Positions 1 to 14,478 of a DNA stretch of 64,000 nt are shown here, piece by piece. Position numbers and translations under genes: made by a program. The notes under the pieces were generated by a model. That model was not told the origin of the DNA, ran no database searches, and was given only the letters and a program-made list of their open reading frames with translations. Source of the stretch: Chrysomallon squamiferum (Eukaryota; Animalia; Mollusca); assembly GCA_012295275.1 (NCBI GenBank), contig CM022672.1, positions 7,316,001-7,380,000 of the forward strand, given 5' to 3'. Within the stretch, counting starts at the first letter, position 1, and every line of letters begins with the position of its first letter.

Positions 1-639
1 AGCTTAAATAAAAATAAGTAGGAGTAATGTTTAACGTGGCTTCAGTATCGTCCAAAGTAATACCAGATGACACTGGAATCGACAAACTGAATGTCATGTG
101 TTTTAGTGCAATAGCATCATTTTGCTTCGATGGTCGATCCACATAAAAAAAACAAAAAATCATTTGTTCTTCGAATTTGGTGCATGTTTTGTCTTTGTAG
201 CCAAGAAAAGAAACGAAAAATGAAAAAGAAAAAAAAAAGAAGCTTGAACTAAAATTGTAAATAAAATGCCTCGATATCATGTACATCTTAGTATATGAGG
301 TGAGTGTAGGAAAGCTCCACAATGATGGCAAGGCTGACAGTTCAATGTGAGTTGGACGCTGTGATAATGTGGTGGAACTTACCACGGACAAGATGGCGGA
401 TATGGTGAAATGTGTATGTACATTTTAAAACTTCTGTAGACTTTGTGTTTCAATGTCTCTTTCTTATCCATTTCATGTTATCGATCTCAAAACTTACCCT
501 GTGCTTAACAGCCGAAACTGGATGAAGATCTGATAATATGAAACATGTTTTCTAGTATTAAATAGATTCAACAATTTAAAGTCCCAGGATAAAAAAATTA
601 TAACTGTCATATAAGTGACGTTATGGGAGAATGTGATGT

Positions 640-682
<43 letters not shown>

Positions 683-1729
683 TGTCTGTCTGTCTGTCTC
701 GCAGAGAGAGAGAGAGACAGAGAGAGAGAGAGAGGAGGAGGAGGAAACTACGTATATTCTGAGTGTTTAAACGTAATATGTTAATACTTTTACCATAATA
801 CAGTAATGTTAATTTCTTTTATATATAAATATATATATATATTTGTTTCCATTTTAATGTTTTAAAAATTCAATATCAAACAAATATCAGTTTTTTGCAG
901 AACTAAGTATCAAATTACTAAAAATCTGTCAAAAAATATTTAGCATTTTATCATTTAGACTGTCAATATTAAATTATTTTGTCTTTTGGAATTGTTTCTT
1001 TTTTTATGATTATTTTTCTTACTTTTACAATATTTTCTCAAACATTTCGCTTACAGAGGGCATTTGGCAAAATATTATTTATTTTTTTTCTTAACTTTTT
1101 GCGAATTCTGCTTCGGTCATCAACTTTAACATAATTATTACTAAACAGTATTTAAAAAAAAAAAAAATGAAATAGAAGCGAGGAATATAAGGAAACAGAG
1201 GAAATAGTCTCCTAAATATACAGTATTTACTCTTCAACTGCCACGAACATAAAATCCACAATTAGAGAAACATTTTATTTTTGTCATTCGATATCAGTGA
1301 ACAGAGGTGATAAACATGAACGATATGTTAATCTGACATCTAGTCTTCGGCGACTGAACGACCAACTAACAGTGACGAGAGTGTTATTTTGATATTATTA
1401 ATTTAAAAAATTGATAAAATGTAAACGTTATCTAGTTCGCTTTACTAATATTAAAATTAATTTCAGTAAGGAAAGCATGTATCAGTAATACATGCTGATG
1501 TACCCACACGTTTAACAGTTTATAAATTTAAAAAAAAAATTAAAAACAGTATGTATATTTATATATAATATAATAATATAATATAATATTGCTTAATTTA
1601 CATTATAAATATAGATATTATAGTTAAAAATAGACGAATTTATCCACAGAACTAGACCGAAGACAGCTGGTTTGAATAGTTTAACACTTTTGTTTACTTA
1701 ATTCATTTTAACAAAGATTTGAACGATAT

Positions 1730-1821
1730 TAAGAATATATATATTTTATCAGTAATGTCCTTTCACTGAAACTAACTAAGAATATATATACTTTATCAGT
1801 AATGTCCTTTCACTGAAACTA
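1730..1821. repeat. 47-bp tandem duplication
   Basis: TAAGAATATATATAYTTTATCAGTAATGTCCTTTCACTGAAACTA occurs twice (1730 and 1777). Confidence 0.9.
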
Positions 1822-2905
1822 TCTTCCTGTCAGGGATTCAGCTGTAACCTAGGTGTGTTTCACACTGACACAGTATCGCAATCTTTTACACCGAGGTAAT
1901 TGTACTCATATACTTTGTCCGTATTATATCACTATAACATATTCTGTTGTGAGCTTTGAGGATATTTTGCATAATGTAAAAAACAAACAAAAAAACAACA
2001 ACAACAACGTAGACATGAAAATATCAAAGCTTAATGAAATCTGATCACTTCAAAGAAGCGATCATCTGTTATTTATTGGTGAAACCATTTTGTTCATTAC
2101 AGCGATACTTTTTGTCGACGAGGTTGTCGATGTGTTACAGATGATCGATATGTTTTCGGTGTTCTTCCGATTTCGATGTATATTGTTTGTTCTATAGAAT
2201 ACTTTCATTTATCGAATAAAATAGACTGGAACATCTATATTTTTGTACTTATGTTTTCTTTCTTTTATTCGTATTAGCGTCGCTATTGATATTTATTCTT
2301 TACAGATATATTTATCCACTTTCAAACACAGCGATTTTATACTAATTAATAAAGACTATAATATGTAAATAAAGCATTATTATTTTAAAACAACTTAATA
2401 TGTAAGTGAATAAATACAACAAAAGGAGAAAGAAAAAAATGAAAATATATCAGAAATTTCAAGGAATAGAAAGATATATATATATATTTCTATTCCTCGA
2501 AATTTCTGATGTATTTTCTAATGTAATTAATATTTATTTTCGTTACTGAAAGAAAGAAACGAATTAAGAGATAAATTAATTTAAGAGAATTCCAACTCAT
2601 TTCCAATAAAACAAGTAGTCCAGCAATAGCAACAAAAATGCAAGAATAACAACAAAATCGATGCTAACGTGAAGAAGAAAATATGTTGACATTAAGTTGA
2701 TAATTTAATTACAAGTTGAACATGTGATGACATCACTCATCACGTCATTGTTGTTTGTGAATGCATCTCGGAGATTAGGCGATATTCTCGTTTGTAAATG
2801 TATCACTGAATCGTCTGATACCGCCGTATCGCGATAACTCGATTACAATGTCATACAAGATTTCAGATAACTTTTTTTCTCTCTCTATTTTTTATTCTTT
2901 CCTCT

Positions 2906-2938
<33 letters not shown>

Positions 2939-3274
2939 CTGTTAAAATTATAACAGATGGCTGAGAAATGTAACTTGTGAGAAGTGCTAGAAATCTGAGA
3001 CGGGTTGTCAGAAGGGATTATCCGCGTAAAAAAAAGACGAAGTTTGTTGATGTCAAACGTTTTCATAGTTTTCTTCAAACAAGACAGACATGGGCGTTGA
3101 CTGATTGTACGATTCATAACAAATGAAGAATATTATTAATGCGCGGCTTGTTACACACTTTTTTTTTTTTTTTTTTTTTTTTTTATTTTTCTTGTATGTC
3201 GTGTACATATGTGCGCGCATTAATGAATGGTTTTTATATGCGTGTTCGTGCATTTTTAAATTTTGTTTTACAAA

Positions 3275-3314
3275 TACTACTGCTCCTCCTCCTACTGCTG
3301 CTGCTGTACTACGT

Positions 3315-3352
<38 letters not shown>

Positions 3353-3504
3353 GTTACTGCTGCTGGTGCAAATATTGATGTTCTTGCTGTTATTACGACT
3401 AAAACTACTACAACTATTACTATTGCTACTACAGCATTTACTATAACTCCTATCAACACCTTTGTGTTACTACTGTAACTGCTAATACTACTACTTCTAC
3501 TACC

Positions 3505-3544
<40 letters not shown>

Positions 3545-3560
3545 CTGATACTACTACAGG
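3275..3560. repeat. (CTA)n/(CTG)n trinucleotide field
   Basis: Direct reading. Confidence 0.9.
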
Positions 3561-4193
3561 AATATTACTCTACTATTAATAATTCTTTCTATCTTTTTTT
3601 CATCATTTGTCTTTCTAAACTTTTCTTTGCTTTCTTCTTTCCTCTTAAATTTCATTTTTTTTTCTTCTCTTATATTATATAATATAATAAAAAGTTAAAT
3701 AAAATGTTTAAATAAAAAAAAAAAAAAATACTTAAAAAAATGAATAAATAAATAAAAAGAAGTAAAAATTAAAAGTAAATAAAAGTAAATAAAAGTAAAT
3801 TAAAAAATAAGTCGATTCCAAAGCCTTAACGTTTAATCAAAAATCAAAAACTACAATAGTGTTTAGCGAATACTGTAATAGAGAAACAAAATACTGCACT
3901 TGTGAATCTTCGGAATTATAATAGATGAAAAAAAAAGTTAGAAAAATATGGATTAAGAAAAGTAAAATAAACAACAAAACAGATAACGAAAATTTAGTAT
4001 ATATAAAAAAAAATAATAATAATAATAATAATAACAGAAAATAAAAGGAAAAAAAAGAGGAAAATTTAAAAAGCTGAGGAAAACAAAAGTAAAAGAAAGA
4101 AAAAAAGAATAATAATAAATAAAAAGGGAATAAAACCTTTAAAAAAAAAAAAGGACGACTACGAAAATAAGAAGAAAAAAAACATGGACAAAA

Positions 4194-4224
<31 letters not shown>

Positions 4225-4669
4225 AAATAAAATAAAACAAAGCCAACAACAACAATAATAATAAAAAAAGAAAGAAAAGGGAAATAAGAAAAAAAAAGAA
4301 GGAAAGAACAATGGCTGAAACAAAAAGACTACAGAAAAAAGTTAAAAAGTTTTATATTATTGAGCTGTGATTAACATCGGTCACTGACTGTCAAGATAAA
4401 CACGGAAACGTTACAAGTGACTTGATTTCTGCTGCTAATCATTTTGTGTTTAAACAGTTGTAACAACAACAACGACAATGGCGATCACGACGACGACAAT
4501 AATAATAGCGACAGCAGTAGTTCTTGTAATGTTATTACTACTACAACTACTACTACTAGTAGTAATAATTACATATATAAGAACAACAAAATGATGATGA
4601 TGAATGAGAATAATGATAAGAATAATAATTTATGCTTATAAAGATGATGTCTTCTAAGACAAAAAAAAA

Positions 4670-4700
<31 letters not shown>

Positions 4701-5040
4701 GTAATAGTAATAGTAATAATAATAAATAAAAAAAAAATAATAATAAAAAAATAAATAACAAGAAGAAGAAGAAAAAGAAGAAAAGAAAGAATAAAAAGAA
4801 AAGAACAAAGGGCGCCAATGACAAGCTATTATTTAACTGTTCATTAAATGTCGGTGACGTCATACAATAAAGACTCTAATATTGACATAAAATCAGTGTG
4901 CCTATATAAACAGCTTATTAAATACAAAAAATATCCTTACAATTTATTATCTTTAGTTAAAACTAATTTTTAGAACAACAACAATAATAATTTAAAAAAA
5001 TAATAATAACTAAATAACTAAATAAATAAATAAAAAAGTA

Positions 5041-5074
<34 letters not shown>

Positions 5075-5210
5075 TACAATTAAATAAAATGTAAAAACTA
5101 ATATACCTTTTTATGTATAGATATATATATAAAATAAAAATTAATTTAAAAAATTAAAAAGTCATCAAGAACTATAAGTAAACAAACAATGACAACAAAC
5201 TTTTAGACAG

Positions 5211-5252
<42 letters not shown>

Positions 5253-6384
5253 GTTTTGCTTTGTTTGCTTTGTTTATTTTTTATTTTTTATTTTTTATTT
5301 ATTTTTATTTTTTTTTTGTTGTAGGTTTATTTTTATTGCAGGGAGTTGTTAGTATGTGTTCCTGAAGAATTTTCTCTACACATACTTGTCATCTATGTCT
5401 AATTTTGTCATCATTAATTATGCAAGTGTTTGTGTGCATATTGGATTTAACTGTGTATGTGTCTTTCTTTATGTCTCTGAGCATTAACACGAACACTATG
5501 ACACTGAACTTTTAACGTTTTTTTATTTGTTTCTAAATTGTATGTCGATGTCTCTTTTCTGTGAGGATCGTTTGAAACCTTTGTAGGTACAGGTAGACGT
5601 ACATTCACCCACCCACCTCTTAAATCAAAGTCTTCAAGCTCTGGTCGACTAGACATCTTGGCTTTAGCTCAAACCCCTGTCACAACGTCAGTGTGACGGC
5701 ATACATCATCAATACAGCGCTGATTGCGTGATATGGCCCTCTTGGAATCAATTTTCAGAACGAGTAATTGAAAACTGGTTAGCATAAAAAATTACCACAC
5801 GGTAAGCGCATGCTCGGTTGGCATATCCGGGTCAAACCTGACGACCCTTTTAGAACACTGTATTTTTAATGACGAAACAAACCAGGCCTGCATTGTGTGT
5901 CCATTGTTAGACAAATGAAAAACGTTTCTTGCTCTTCAACCTTTTATGTTATTGTATTTCACGGCAACAGGTTTAACCAAACGATAATGCCGGAATAATG
6001 GGCCATTATGGGTCGAATTCGATTCACTGATACTGGCCGAATTTCTTTACAAATAGCATCTAATTTAACTAAACTGACACGCCCTCCGTTACAGTAATAT
6101 TAAAATTCTGTTTTCAAAGACACTTTAAGCCGTGGGTGCAGCGTTCGACAGTGTGCGAAGCAGGTGTGTATACAATCAAAACATTAACATTTTATTTACG
6201 AATTTAATAATACTTCATTAAGTAATTTTGTCCTTGGTTTCAGTTTACTCAGATTTTAGTTTTCACCTGGACAGATGTAATAAAAAAAACCGTCATTATC
6301 TATTTGAATATTACTTTTGGTCACATTTGTTACATTACATTCTTAATAATTTTAAGCTATTATTATTATTACTAGACAAAATTC

Positions 6385-6423
<39 letters not shown>

Positions 6424-6428
6424 TTAAT

Positions 6429-6464
<36 letters not shown>

Positions 6465-7308
6465 TAGTAATAATAATAATAACAACAACAACAAAAGCTG
6501 AACAGCAATAATTGTAAGAACATCAGTTGAATGTGATAATAACAATTTAATGACTAATTATAATATTTCTTCAATTATTTTAATTTTAGAAATAACAACA
6601 ATAAAAATTATTTTAATTTGCATTTTTGTTAATTTCGCAATTATTTTTAATATTTCATAGGTATTACAAAATAACTAATGATTTCTTTATTTATATTATT
6701 TATTTATTTTATTTTATTTTATTTTATTTTATTTTATTTATTTATTTATTTATTCATTCATTTATTTATTCGTTTATTTTTTACCTATTTTTTGTTTGTT
6801 TATTTACTTTATTTATTTACTTATTATATAAACTGTAAATGTTATTTTTTATTTTATTATGTTTATGCTTTCTTTATTTCTTTTATTATAAAAAAAAAAT
6901 TATTTCATTTTTAATTTCTGTTGATTTAATGTCTATATATATTTTTTGTTGTTACAGTTTATACATTTATTTCGATTTATTACTTTTATTAATAAATTTA
7001 TTATTAAAAGAATAAAATAATAATTAACAAAATAATAATAAAAAATAAAGATATATAATAAAAAATATATAAAAGTGAAAATAAACTTAACAAAAATTGA
7101 ATAAACAAAAATAATAATAATAGTAGTAGTAGTAGTAGTAGTAGTAATAGTAGTAGCAGGAGTAGTATTGTTATTATTATTATTATTATTATAGTTATAA
7201 AATATACTGTAGGTTTAAACTTGTCAATTTAAATTATAAACATTACGTTTCTAGATTTATTTTATTTCGTTATATTGTTTCTTTAATTTTTAATTATTTT
7301 TTTGTTTG

Positions 7309-7342
<34 letters not shown>

Positions 7343-7347
7343 GATTA

Positions 7348-7402
<55 letters not shown>

Positions 7403-7772
7403 TTTTTTTAATTGTGAGTTAGTTTATTTATTTGTTTTTATATTTATTTGTTTTTTATATTTAAACATTTATTGCTTCTTTTATTTCTCGTCTTCTTCTT
7501 CTTGTTTTTATTGTCATCGTGAATCGCACTGCCTGAATAGAAGATTTTAAGTAAAACGACTTTTTTGTTGTTGTTTTTTATTTTGTCTTCAGATATACAA
7601 GTAAAATTGTTTAAAGCTACAACGCTATACTTTCCTTGCTTAATCTTTAAATTTCCGAACGTTTTTGTTTATCAGATATTCAATAAATAATCATTATTGT
7701 TCTCCGAGGATGTAATATTTCTTAATTAACTATTTAAGTAAGTAGGTAAAAAAATAAATAATGTTTGCGGGA

Positions 7773-7773
7773 C

Positions 7774-7836
<63 letters not shown>

Positions 7837-8103
7837 CATCATAATTATCATCATCATCATCATCATCATAAGCATTTTTATCAATATCGTCACCAACTGT
7901 TTTTGTTATTGTTATTATTGTTATTATTATTACATATATTATCATTATTATTTTTATTATGGTTGTTGTTATTTTTATTAGTAGTAGCAGTAGTAGTTTT
8001 GGTAATATATCTGGAAACACGACAAAAGTCTAATAATAATAATAATGGTAATAGCAACAACAACAATATTAATAGTTATAATAATAATAGTAATAATAAT
8101 AAC

Positions 8104-8160
<57 letters not shown>
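7773..8160. repeat. trinucleotide microsatellite field (TAT)n/(CAT)n ... (AAT)n
   Basis: Direct reading; produces the poly-Y/H/N pseudo-ORFs. Confidence 0.92.
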
Positions 8161-8163
<3 letters not shown>

Positions 8164-8744
8164 TAGTAATAATAATAGTAACCATAATAATAAGGTCAAC
8201 ATTAAAAAATAAATATATAACAGTAAACATAACAATTTCTTTTTTCTTTTTCCCTACATTAGAAATTGTAGTTTTTTTTGACTAAAACTTAACTTTTAAG
8301 ATTTGAAATCTTAAAGATTACGCATAAAACAGTTTCGTTCTCAGATAATACTTTGAATATATAGACATAAATCTTGTGCACTGTTTTGTAATTAGTTTAT
8401 TTGATTTCTGTACATATCTATCGGTGTTTATTACTAATTTTGCCGTTGTTGTTGGCGTTATTATTGTAGTTGTTTTTTGTTTGTTTGTTTTATGCATCGT
8501 TTACTCACCGTAACGATCGGCCATTGTACAAACACGTGACAGTTCGAGCAATAATAACAACAGTACAACTAGAATCGATTTCATGCGTTGAGAGATTAAT
8601 TTAAAGTGTATTTTGTGAAAAGTTACGTGCAGTCCTCCTGTCTTAAAATATTCATTGTTTAACGTTACCCAGCAATGCAGAGATTAAAATATGTGACATC
8701 AGATCAAAATGCTGTTAAATGTAATGATAAATATTCGTAAATAT

Positions 8745-8783
<39 letters not shown>

Positions 8784-8861
8784 TTAATAGCTGGTAGCGG
8801 AAGGTTTATATTATTTGTTTCGTTGTCTTTTTATTTGTTTGTTTATTTAAATATATATTTC

Positions 8862-8893
<32 letters not shown>

Positions 8894-9262
8894 CTAATTT
8901 GAAATTAGATTTATTTATTTATTTATTTATTTATTTATTTTAAAAATATAAAATTTAAAAACTTATTTACTAAATATACTCTTATTTATTTATTCTTGAA
9001 CAATTTTGTCTGTTTTCTTATTTATTTATTTATTTATTTATTTATTTCATTTAAGGCCTATTTATTTATTAATTATTTATAATGTTGTTTTTCATTAGTT
9101 TGTTTGTTGTTTGTTTATGTTCTATATGAGGATTAATGGTCTTGTTTTTGTTGTTTAAGCTTCACTAATTGGCTCTTTTAATAATTAATTTCTGAAATAA
9201 TTTGACATATATCTACATCAATTTGTCTAAAAATTATTACTTACATCGAAAATTTATTTCTT

Positions 9263-9364
<102 letters not shown>

Positions 9365-10640
9365 AAAATATGGAAGAACACACACATACATAAACATGTT
9401 TACGCAAATACCAATATACGAACACAAAGAGAAAAAAGAACATCTGAAGGAACTAAAGAAAAGAAAAATGAAAATAGGCTTGGTTCCAGGGACTGGTTAA
9501 GGAATCTGCAGTTTATAATCTAAGATGTTTTATTTTCTGTCATTTTTCCAAGAATTCCAGAGTGTGCGGTATGCTGATAGTGACTGCTGTTTGAAGTGTG
9601 CAGATTTAACTCATGCATTTCGTCGTAAAACGACTTCGTTCAATGACAAACTGTCGCTGTTCTTATTTACGACATCCTAAAGCACGCTTCTCCCTCTGCC
9701 ACTGGCCAGTTCAGTTCAAGTCTCTCGTGTTTACTCATAGTTAGTCGAGCAGACATCAGTATTCTGAATTATAATGGCGTTTTAAAAATAAAAAGAGATT
9801 TTGAAATTTGTTATTTGGTCGAGAAAATAAAATGAAATTAAAACAGAATAAAGAAATAGAATTAATTAATTAAAAATAAAAATGTATTAAATAAATTTAA
9901 ATAATAATAAATTATTTTCTAAAAAAAAAAAAATATATATATATATATAATATTGTGAAGTAATTTTAAAATTTAAAGAAATAAAATTTACATAATAGTA
10001 ATTAAAATAAACCAAAAAGAAAAAGAGAAAAGAGGGTAAATAAAAGAAAGAAATCCAAACACTTAAAACAAAATTAAGTCAAATAACAAAATAGGAAAAA
10101 TAATAAAAACTGTAGTCATATGTTAAAAAGATCGCTGACTTGCATTTTTATATCTTAAATTATTTCTTTAATATAATTTAAAAAAATAAGGCGTACTGAA
10201 TTTTAATATAATTAAATATAAGTTGCAACGAACAAAAAATTTCTTTTACATTTAGTCAAATAAAACTATGTAAGAATAATTTTTGGAATATAAAATAAAA
10301 GTATTATTTTAGAAAAATAAACTGTGTTAAAGACATTAAAGTTGAGTAGTAGCAGTAGTAGTTGCAGTTGTTGTAGTAGTAGGTGGAGTAGTAGTAACAG
10401 TAATTTAATAACTGTAATACAGCTAACAATAAGCTCTGCTTGTGAAGGTTACAGAGACAAATTACCTTAATAATTTTGGTCCATATCTTTATTGCATTAT
10501 TATTTTATTGCCTTCTTTTATAATTATATTTGGTTTAGTTTAACGATGAAAACAACAGCAAAGATTTGTTGAACAGCGTCTACCCCGGTGAAACATGCAT
10601 GTGTTTCGTTTTATTTACTGCAGTCGAGTTTCCATGTGGT

Positions 10641-10697
<57 letters not shown>

Positions 10698-13030
10698 GTA
10701 ATTTTTTTTTTTAAATATTATATAAAATAAATCTTAAATCCATTTATTTTATGTGAATGTTTTAAGCTCTCCAGTAACAAAATACGAAACAAAAAATAAA
10801 CCACAGAAGGTCTGTAACAACAAACAGACTGATACCTTTACATTATCCAGAGGAAATCCAGTCAAACAGAGCTGTTTTATGAAACTCGAATGTGATTGAA
10901 AATTGTAACATCTGGTGCTGTAACTGTGACAATGGTTACTTTGTTATCAGCGTTTATTAACACTGTGCTAATTGTTTTTAATCCGAAAAATATGCATTAA
11001 AATATTATTACAGCGGACGCTTCGTTCTCCGGGGTACTTCACTAGATGACGTAAATTCAGCCTTGAAATTAATAAAAAGAATGGTTGTTACAACGACCAC
11101 ACGTTGCAGCATTTACGATCATTATGTGGTGTTAACACCGTGATAACACCTGAGATATGAAACCCGCTGTTGCAGTTTAATGAACATTTCTTAACAATTA
11201 GCAGCGAATAATCTGGAGGTTGTTTTTTTGTGCTTCTCTCGATTAATACGAAACGACAGATTACACAGTGCTCAGTAAGGCATCGATGTAAAACGTAAAT
11301 ACATCGTATCAGTGTTGAAACACAGCCTCGTAGTGCAATGACCTGAGCTGTTTTGAAAGACTCCAGTTTAAACGTTACATACATGCATGTTACTGAGACA
11401 GAAATTTCCTCTAACGGACTCAGTGATATCCATGACGTGTAAAAACTCTTCTTAGAAAACATTTAAATTTATATCAGCTTAGATTCTCAAATCATCTGTA
11501 TCTAAGCGGTAACGAATCTGTCAACGTAGATGTCGTTTTGTGATAAATTTATATGATGTCCTCATCTACATCTAATTATTGTGAATCAGTAAACGTAAAT
11601 ATTGCTTTACCACAAAGTATTAACCTGTCCACTAAGCTATAAATTGACCATTAAAATTAATATTTTTATACAACAGTATACATTCAAATCAAGTTCACCC
11701 TTTTCTGTTTTGTTTGTCTTTCAAACATTGCCAGCTTTAGTGTTTCACGTTTTATATTTCTTTCAATCAAAGTCTTGCTTTCTTCAGTACACACGTGAAT
11801 AAAGATAATGCCTCCCCAACCAAACATACACACCCATTCACATATGTGAAATTCATGAATATCCCAGATTTAAACTCACAAAAATTTAAACTCATACATA
11901 GCCCATCCAAAACATATGAAATAGGAAAGTACATAATACTAGCATACATACAAATATATGCACACAATACGGTATTACTAATATCGTTATTAGAACTTAG
12001 AATCTACAATACACACAAACGTAAATAGGTAATGAATATTAAAATATACTGAAAGATAACAAATATTGGTAATAATAAATGAGACGTCAAAGAAGACAGT
12101 TAATTAACTTATCTTAGTCGATGATGTTCCGCATTTTTCACATTTCTCAAATAATCACTTGTAATAAATTAACTGTCAGTCACTGGTCACTCGTTAATGA
12201 TCTAATTGTAAATTTTACATACTTCTCAATTCATGTTATGCTAATCTAGGCTTGACTTCATCAGTAACAACATTATAGGTTAGGCAGGGTCTATAATACA
12301 TATGCATTCAAATTTACATAAATACATACATACATACATACATACATACATACAGACAGACAGACAGACAGACAGATAGAGATACATATGCATATACATA
12401 TACAAATAAATATACACATACATATACATATACATACATATATACGCAAAGATATATATTATATTATGTGGCAGGGACGGAGAGAAAAGACATGAAAAAT
12501 AAAAAAGAGGATTAGGGAATTTGTTAAAATGACAGTATATTATTTTGTATGTGCGTGTGTATATATATATATATATATAAAACACAAATACACATAATTA
12601 TATACCCAGACAGACACACAGAGACACACATACAAAATAAAATACTGTCGTTTTAACAAATTCTCTAATGCTCTCTTTTATTTTTCATCTCTTTTCTCTC
12701 CGTCTCTGCCACATGTATGTTTAACCAAGTTTGCAGTCAATCTCTCAGTGTAATTGGAGGTGACGGTCTGCCATATTATCTCAGGCATGGTTAAATATTT
12801 TACTGTTTTCTCACAATCGACCCATCCGTATGACGGTGGCGCTAACATTTAGTTCCGCCCTCACACCTTGCTGACGGGTTCTGGTGATTGGAAAGTAATG
12901 CCAGTCCAAGATTCTGCTGAACAAATCAATCACATGCTTCACTACCATGTAATTAGACTTGTCAGTGAAGATGATTTCTTTTCTTTCTCCTTTGACTTTG
13001 TTAAAGGTTTTTTTTTTCTTATTAGGTTTT

Positions 13031-13061
<31 letters not shown>

Positions 13062-13074
<13 letters not shown>

Positions 13075-13452
13075 CTTTGTTGATATGGTTCCTGATTTTT
13101 ACTCCTTTTTGTTTACGAATGTTGCTCAGTATCATCTTAATTTGTCCTAATTTTTGTAATAATATAATTTCTTTTTTTAATTATAAAAATTACTGATACT
13201 GATATATTATATATATATATACAGGGTGTCCACAAAGTCTGGGTACATAAGGAATTAACACATACTTTTAAAATAAAATAGTTTTATTTAATTCTAATGT
13301 TAATAAATAATGTTTTCATTATGATTTCCATCACTTTCAATGCATAATTTGATGCGCCTTGAAAAATTCAGGTGTACTCGATTTGGATAAGAAAAATAAA
13401 ATAAATAAATAACATAGTAAAATTCCCCATGTACCCAGACTTTGTGGACACC

Positions 13453-13488
<36 letters not shown>

Positions 13489-13576
13489 TAGGAAAAATTA
13501 AGATGATACTGAGCATCATTCGTAAATAAAAAGGAGTAAAAATCAGGAACAAAATCAACAAAGAAATGTTAAAAAA
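13062..13576. repeat. 92-bp outer inverted repeat enclosing the MITE
   Basis: 13062-13153 versus the reverse complement of 13485-13576, about 5 mismatches. Confidence 0.85.
13222..13455. mobile_element. Tc1/mariner-type MITE (234 bp)
   Basis: 27-bp perfect TIR CAGGGTGTCCACAAAGTCTGGGTACAT (13222-13248 / 13429-13455), TA on both sides within a (TA)n run, no transposase. Confidence 0.88.
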
Positions 13577-14375
13577 TAATAATAATAAATAAAATAATAT
13601 ATATATAAATATATATATAGGCCATCAGTATGTTTTATAAAAATGTGTGTGTGTACGTGCATTTTTCTGTGTAGGTCGATTGAGAATCTTATTTATTTAG
13701 TTTATTATGTTTGTTTAAGAAAATACATAAAATATGACAACCAAGTCTTAGAGACTCCATTTACACCTTTATTGTGCATAGACAATTTATTAAAAAAAAA
13801 AAAAAAAAATTATATAAATAAAATAAAATTAAGAAAAAAAAAAAAATAAATAAATCGTCGATTCGACGGAGTAAATCTCCTCATAATCTCGTTATCCTTT
13901 CATCCATATAACTTTGTTTACTAACATTTATATTAATGGAAATTTAAAGAAAGTAATAATAATAATGGAATAAATAAATCATTTGCTGTCACATAAAACG
14001 GTTTTATAAATTTCGTTTGCACGAAAACGTTTATTGAGTATTTTTTATTTTATTTTTTTAAATTATCTTCGTTATATGTGTAAATAAGGCTGTAATGTAT
14101 CTGTATGTTGTGACGTCATTAAATATTGAACAGATCAGTGATACACTCACACGTCTTTAAGAGACCACAGAGGACGGTCACTTAATAAAACATTCATGCC
14201 GCCTTGTTTCTAAACGTCAACAGAGAATTAATTGTTTTTCTATAACAAAATGTATATTTTACTGTATAACTCGCTCCTAGTTTCTCCTTCTCACCTTTCA
14301 CAGTAAATATGCAGCTGTATAAAGTCGTGGAAAACAACTAATGACAGAGACAGACACAGAGAAAGACATACAGGG

Positions 14376-14399
14376 AGGCACAGACACACACAAACAGAC

Positions 14400-14474
<75 letters not shown>
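14376..14474. repeat. compound (CA/GACA)-(GA)n microsatellite
   Basis: Direct reading. Confidence 0.9.

Positions 14475-14478
<4 letters not shown>

Noticed and set aside
2863-8897. ORFs with poly-Y/L/I/N/T/K tracts
   Set aside because: Translations of (TAT)n, (CTA)n, (AAT)n and poly-A/T microsatellites; no domain or splice support.
11088-11462. 124-aa minus-strand ORF
   Set aside because: No recognisable domain or exon partners; lies in a probable regulatory island.
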